Shown: piece after piece, positions 61,220 to 64,000 of the stretch
Layout of the letters: the number at the start of each line of letters is the position of its first letter
Position numbering within the stretch: the stretch's first letter is position 1
Source: Mustelus asterias
Taxonomy: Eukaryota
DNA: 64,000 nt
NCBI RefSeq assembly: GCF_964213995.1
Contig: NC_135809.1
Coordinates: forward strand, 138,756,001 to 138,820,000
Direction of reading: 5' to 3'
Made by a program: the position numbers and the translations under genes
The notes under the pieces: model-generated
What the model was told of the DNA's origin: nothing
Database searches by the model: none
What the model saw: the letters and a program-made list of their open reading frames with translations, nothing else

Positions 61220-64000
61220 GTGAGGTAGAGCAGGAGGAGGCCATTCAGCCCCTTGAGCTTACTCTGCCATTCAATACGATCATGGCTCAACTCCACCTTC
61301 CTGCCTGTTCACCATAACCCTTCAAACCCATTACTAATTAAAAATCTGTCTATCTCCTCCTTAAATTTACTCAATGTCCCGACATCCACCGCACACTGCG
61401 ATAGTGAATTCCAGATTCACCATCCTTTGACTCCTTAACTCTGTTTTAAATCTGCCATCCCTTATCCTAAAACTACAACCTCTCGTTCTGGATTGCCCCA
61501 CAAGAGGAAACATCCTCTCATCTACTTAGTCAATCCCCCTCATCATCTTGTACACTCCAATCAGATTTCCTCTCATTCTTCTAAACTCCAGGGAGTATCG
61601 GCCTAAACTGCCCAAACCCGCTTCGTAAGGCAAACCCCTCATCTCTGGAATCAATCGAGTGAACCTCCTCTGAACCGCCTCCAATGCAAATATATCCCTC
61701 TTCAAGGGGATGAAAACTGTACACAATATTCTAAGTGGGGTCTCACTAGTGCTTTGTACAGTAGCAGCAACACTTCACTACTTTTCTATTCTATTCCTTG
61801 AGCAATAAATGCCAAGATTCCAATTGCCTTCCTTATTACTTGCTGTACCTGCATGCTAGTTTTCTGTCACTCATGAATGAGGACACCCAGATCCCTCTGC
61901 ACCGGAGCACCCCAAAGTCTCTCTCCATTTAGATAATCAGTCACCATCCTATTTTTGCGACTAAAATGCATGACCTCACACTTATCCATGTGAAACTCCA
62001 TCTACCACATTTTGGCCCACTCTCCTAACCTATCCATATCCATTTGTAAGGTTCTTATTTCCTCATTGCAACTTACTGTCCCACCTATTTTGTGTCATCT
62101 GCAAATTTGGCCATAGTGCCATCTATCCCTGAATCAAAGTCATTAATATAGATTGTAAATCGCTGGGGCCCAAGGACCGAACCCTGTGGCAACCCCACTA
62201 GTTACTTCCTGCCATCTAGAAAAAAAACATTTATCCTCTCTGCTTTCTGTTAGCCAATCCTCTGTCCAAGATAATATATTACCCCTAACCTTGTGTGACC
62301 TTATGTTGTGTATTAGCCTTTTGTGCGGCACCTTATCAAACGCCTTCCGGAAGTCCAGATATACTACATCTACAGGATCCCCATTATCCACTTGGCTTGT
62401 TACATCCTCAAAGAACTCCAACAAACTCGTCAAACATGATTTGCCCTTCATAAACCCATGCTGACTCTGATGGATTGTGCTTTGACTTTCCAAGTGTCCT
62501 GTTATTACCTCCTTAATGAATTCTAACAATTTCCCAACAACAGTTTTTGTCTCCTTACTTGAGAAAAGATATACTGGCACTGGAGGGGGTGCAGAGGAGA
62601 TTCGCTGGGTTGATTCCGGAGTTGAGAGGGTTGGCTTCTGAGGAGAGACTGAGTAGACAGGGGCTAAACTCATTGGAATTCAGAAGAATATGGGGAGATC
62701 TTATAGAAACATATAAGATTATAAAGGGAATAGATAAGATAGAAGCGGGGAAGTTGTTTCCGCTGGCGGGTGAAACTAGAACTAGGGGGCATGGCCTCAA
62801 AATAAGGGGGAGCAGATTTAGGACTGAGTTGAGGAAGAACTTCTTCACATAAAGGGTTGTGAATCTGTGGAATTCCCTGCCCAGTGAAGCAGTTGAGGCT
62901 ACCTCATTGAATGTTTTTAAGGCAAGGATACATACATTTTTGAACAGTACAGGGATTAAGGGTTATGGTGAGCGGGCGGGTAAGTGGAGTTGAGTCCACA
63001 AAAAGATTAGCCATGATCTTATGAATGGCGGAGCAGGCTCCAGGGGCCAGATGGCCTACTCCTGCTCCTACTTCTTATGTTATGTTCTTAAGTTCTCATG
63101 TGAAGAATGTGCTCAGATCGAGGTAAATCAGATCGAGAGATGAAATCGCTGGGCCTCTGACGCAAATCTTTGTCTCGTCACTGGACACAGGTGAGGTCCC
63201 AGAGGATTGGAGGACAGCTAATGTGGTCCCGTTATTTAAGAAGGGTAGGAAGGATAACCCGGGAAATTATAGGTCGGTGAGCTTGACGTCTGTGGTAGGG
63301 AAGCTGTTGGAGAGGATTCTTAGAGATAGGATGTATGCGCATTTAGAAAGGAATAAACTCATTAACGATAGTCAGCATGGTTTTGTGAGAGGGAGGTCAT
63401 GCCTCACTAACCTGGTGGAGTTTTTTGAAGAAGTGACTAGAATGGTTGACGAGGGAAGGTCCGTGGATGTCGTCTATATGGACTTTAGTAAAGCGTTTGA
63501 CAAAGTCCCTCATGGTAGGCTGGTGCAAAAGATTGGATCTCATGGGATAAAGGGGGAGGTGGCTAGATGGGTGGAGAACTGGCTTGGTCACAGGAGACAG
63601 AGGGTGGTAGTGGAAGGGTCTTTTTCCGGCTGGATGCCTGTGACTAGTGGTGTTCCGCAGGGCTCTGTATTGGGACCTCTGCTGTTTGTGATTTATATAA
63701 ACAATCTGGAAGAAGGTGTAACTGGGGTGATCAGTAAGTTTGCGGACGAAAATGGCTGGACTTGCAGATAGTGAGGAACATTGTCAGAGGCTACAGAAGG
63801 ATATAGATATGCTGGAAATTTGGGCAAAGAAATTACAGATGGAGTTCAATCCAGATAAATGCGAAGTGATGCATTTTGGTAGAACTAACGTAGGGGGGAG
63901 CTATACGATAAATGGCAGAACCATAAAGGGTGTAGATACGTAGAGGGACCTGGGTGTGCAAGTCCACAGATCCTAGAAGGTGACGTCACAGGTGGAGAAG
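61220..64000. mobile_element. CR1 cluster: 61220-62545 (-), 62546-63090 (+), 63135-64000 (+, runs off the window)
   Basis: RT motifs in ORFs 62143-62673, 62547-62852 and 63223-63771. Confidence 0.92.

Overview
Eukaryotic DNA, almost certainly from a shark or other elasmobranch (HE1-type V-SINEs, Deu-type SINEs, abundant CR1/HER1-like LINEs). The window holds the complete RAG locus: intronless RAG2 CDS (+, 42862-44421) and intronless RAG1 CDS (-, 52385-55600), arranged tail-to-tail about 8 kb apart. It also holds the 5' part of the neighbouring gene IFTAP/NWC/C11orf74 on the - strand: a CpG-rich promoter with two opposed ZNF143-type motifs and an RFX X-box at about 35.9 kb, a non-coding exon 1, and coding exons at 9992-10139 and 4439-4578. 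Much of the rest is transposon debris: 5'-truncated CR1 LINEs (some nested), Penelope-like elements with minimal hammerhead ribozyme motifs, SINEs, a solo LTR, and hAT and Harbinger fossils. The most unusual observations are a 1.3 kb AGCT-rich hexamer array directly behind IFTAP exon 1, an 18-bp repeat expansion in the RAG1 C-terminal tail, a short RAG2 acidic hinge with extra CDK sites in the tail, a candidate spliced uORF ending in a TAATG overlap with the RAG1 start, and a snap-back Penelope insertion that turns near the predicted ribozyme cleavage site. I do not see a wholly new gene system. All comparisons with mammalian proteins and repeat families are from memory, not from a database search, and TE boundaries are approximate.
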